Part shown: positions 62,368-64,000 of the stretch, one piece after another
Position numbering within the stretch: the stretch's first letter is position 1
Layout of the letters: each line of letters opens with the position of its first letter
Assembly: GCF_963921235.1 (NCBI RefSeq)
Contig: NC_086097.1
Span: 62,001-126,000, forward strand
DNA: 64,000 nucleotides
From: Mobula hypostoma
Lineage: Eukaryota
Direction: 5' to 3'
Notes under the pieces: generated by a model
Told to the model about the DNA's origin: nothing
The model's input: the letters and a program-made list of their open reading frames with translations, nothing else
Databases searched by the model: none
Translations under genes and position numbers: made by a program

Positions 62368-64000
62368 ACATAGAAAACATAGAAACGTAGAAAATAGGTG
62401 CAGGAGTAGGCCATTCGGCCCTTCAAGCCTCAACCGCCATTCAGTATGATCATGGCTGATCATCCAACTCAAACCCTGTACCAGCCTTCCCTCCATACCC
62501 CCTGATCCCTTTAGCCACAAGGGCCATATCTAACTCCCTCTTAAATGTAGCCAATGAACTGGCCTCAACTGTTTCCTGTGGCAGAGAATTCCACAGATTC
62601 ACCACTCTCTGTGTGAAGAAGTTTTTCCTAATCTCAGTCCTAAAAGGCATCCCCTTTATCCTCAAAATGTGACGCCTCGTTCTGGACTTCCCCAACATCG
62701 GGAACAATCTTGCTGCATCTAGCCTGTCCGATCCCTTTAGGATTTTATATGTTTCAATCAGATCCCCCCTCAATCTTCTAAATTCCAACGAGTATAAGCC
62801 TAGTTCATCCAGTCTTTCATCATATGAAAGTCCTGCCGTCCCAGGAATCAATCTGGTGAACCTTCTTTGTACTCCCTCTGAGTCTTTCCTCAGATTAGGG
62901 GACCAAAACTGCATACAATACTCCAGGTGTGGTCTCACCAAGGCCATGTACAACTGCAGTAGTACCTCCCTGCTCCTGTACTCGAATCCTCTTGCTATAA
63001 ATGCCAGCATACCATTCGCCTTTTTCACCGCCTGCTGTACCTGCATGCCCACTTTCAATGACTGGTGTATAATGACACCCAGGTCTCGTTGCACCTCCCC
63101 TTTTCCTAATCGGCCACCATTCAGATGATAATCTGTTTTCCTGTTTTTGCCACCAAAGTGGATAACTTCACATTTATCCACATTAAATTGCATCTGCCAT
63201 GAATTTGCCCACTCACCTAATCTATCCAAGTCACCCTGCATCCTCTCAGCATCCTCCTCACAGCTAACAGTGCCGCCCAGCTTCGTGTCATCCGCAAACT
63301 TGGAGATGCAGCATTTAATTCCCTCATCCAAGTCATTAATATATATTGTAAAGAACTAGGGTCCTAGCAATGAGCCTTGCAGTACCCCACTAGTCACTGC
63401 CTGCCATTCTGAAAAGGTCCCGTTTATTCTCACTCTTTGCTTCCTGTCTGCCAACCAATTCTCTATCCACATCAATACCTTACCCCCAATACCGTGTGCT
63501 TTAAATTTGCACACTAATCTCCTGTGTGGGACCTTGTCAAAAGCCTTTTGAAAATCCAAATATACCACATCCACTGGTTCTCCCCTATCGACTCTACTAG
63601 TTACATCCTCAAAAAATTCTGAGGTTCGTCAGACATGATTTTCCTTTCACAAATCCATGCTGACTTTGTCCGATGATTTCACCGCTTTCCAAATGAGCTG
63701 ATATCACATCTTTGATAACTGACTCTAGCAGTTTCCCCACCACCGATGTTAGGCTAACCGGTCTATAATTCCCTGGTAAGCATAATTCTATGCTTCCTTC
63801 AGTTTGTCCTGACGAAGGGTCTCGGCCTGAAACGTCGACTGCGCCTCTTCCTATAGATGCTGCTTGGCCTGCTGCGTTCACCAGCAACTTTGATGTATGT
63901 TGCTTGAATTTCCAGCATCTGCAGAATTCCTGTTGTTTGCCTATAATTCCCTGGTTTCTCTCTCCCTCCTTTTTTAAAAAGCGGGGTTACATTAGCCACC
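62368..64000 (-). mobile_element. Young CR1 (family of 8303-10648), running off the window
   Basis: ORFs 62450-63331 and 63356-63574; (CATAGAAA)n tail. Confidence 0.93.
63778..63940 (+). mobile_element. 163-bp Penelope pLTR mini-insertion with a hammerhead motif (63805-63840)
   Basis: Same subfamily as 47286-47435. TSD CTATAATTCCCTGGT at 63763-63777 and 63941-63955. Confidence 0.9.

Noticed and set aside
1..64000. Prokaryotic RT systems (retron, DGR, CRISPR-RT) or CRISPR arrays
   Set aside because: All RTs are eukaryotic non-LTR or Penelope types within spliceosomal introns, and no regularly spaced repeat-spacer array was seen.

Overview
This is eukaryotic (vertebrate) DNA, not a prokaryotic locus. 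The retroelement mix (many CR1 families with SGNH-esterase ORF1, Neptune-like Penelope elements, Rex1/Babar, RTE, L1, L2 tails, a V-SINE/HE1-like fragment) suggests a cartilaginous fish, probably a ray or skate (inference). The window covers the 3' part of a minus-strand host gene that I recognise as nesprin-3 (SYNE3). Four phase-0 exons with GT-AG sites (52013-52195, 21492-21641, 5087-5242, 4183-4218) are separated by introns of about 30, 16 and 0.9 kb made almost entirely of nested, mostly decayed non-LTR retrotransposons. Nearly all ORFs in the supplied track are fragments of these elements. The most notable structure is a set of TSD-flanked Penelope-like insertions carrying a minimal type I hammerhead ribozyme motif. 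Four of them (about 0.2-1.9 kb) are foldback palindromes with a 27-39 nt one-sided tail, and two of those are tiny non-coding hairpins. Also present: a young 5'-truncated L1 with a nearly intact ORF2, a three-level nest (CR1 > solo-LTR-like element > Penelope), and a 600-bp inverted duplication inside a CR1. Boundaries of decayed CR1/L2 fragments are approximate, and family names come from motif recognition, not database searches.
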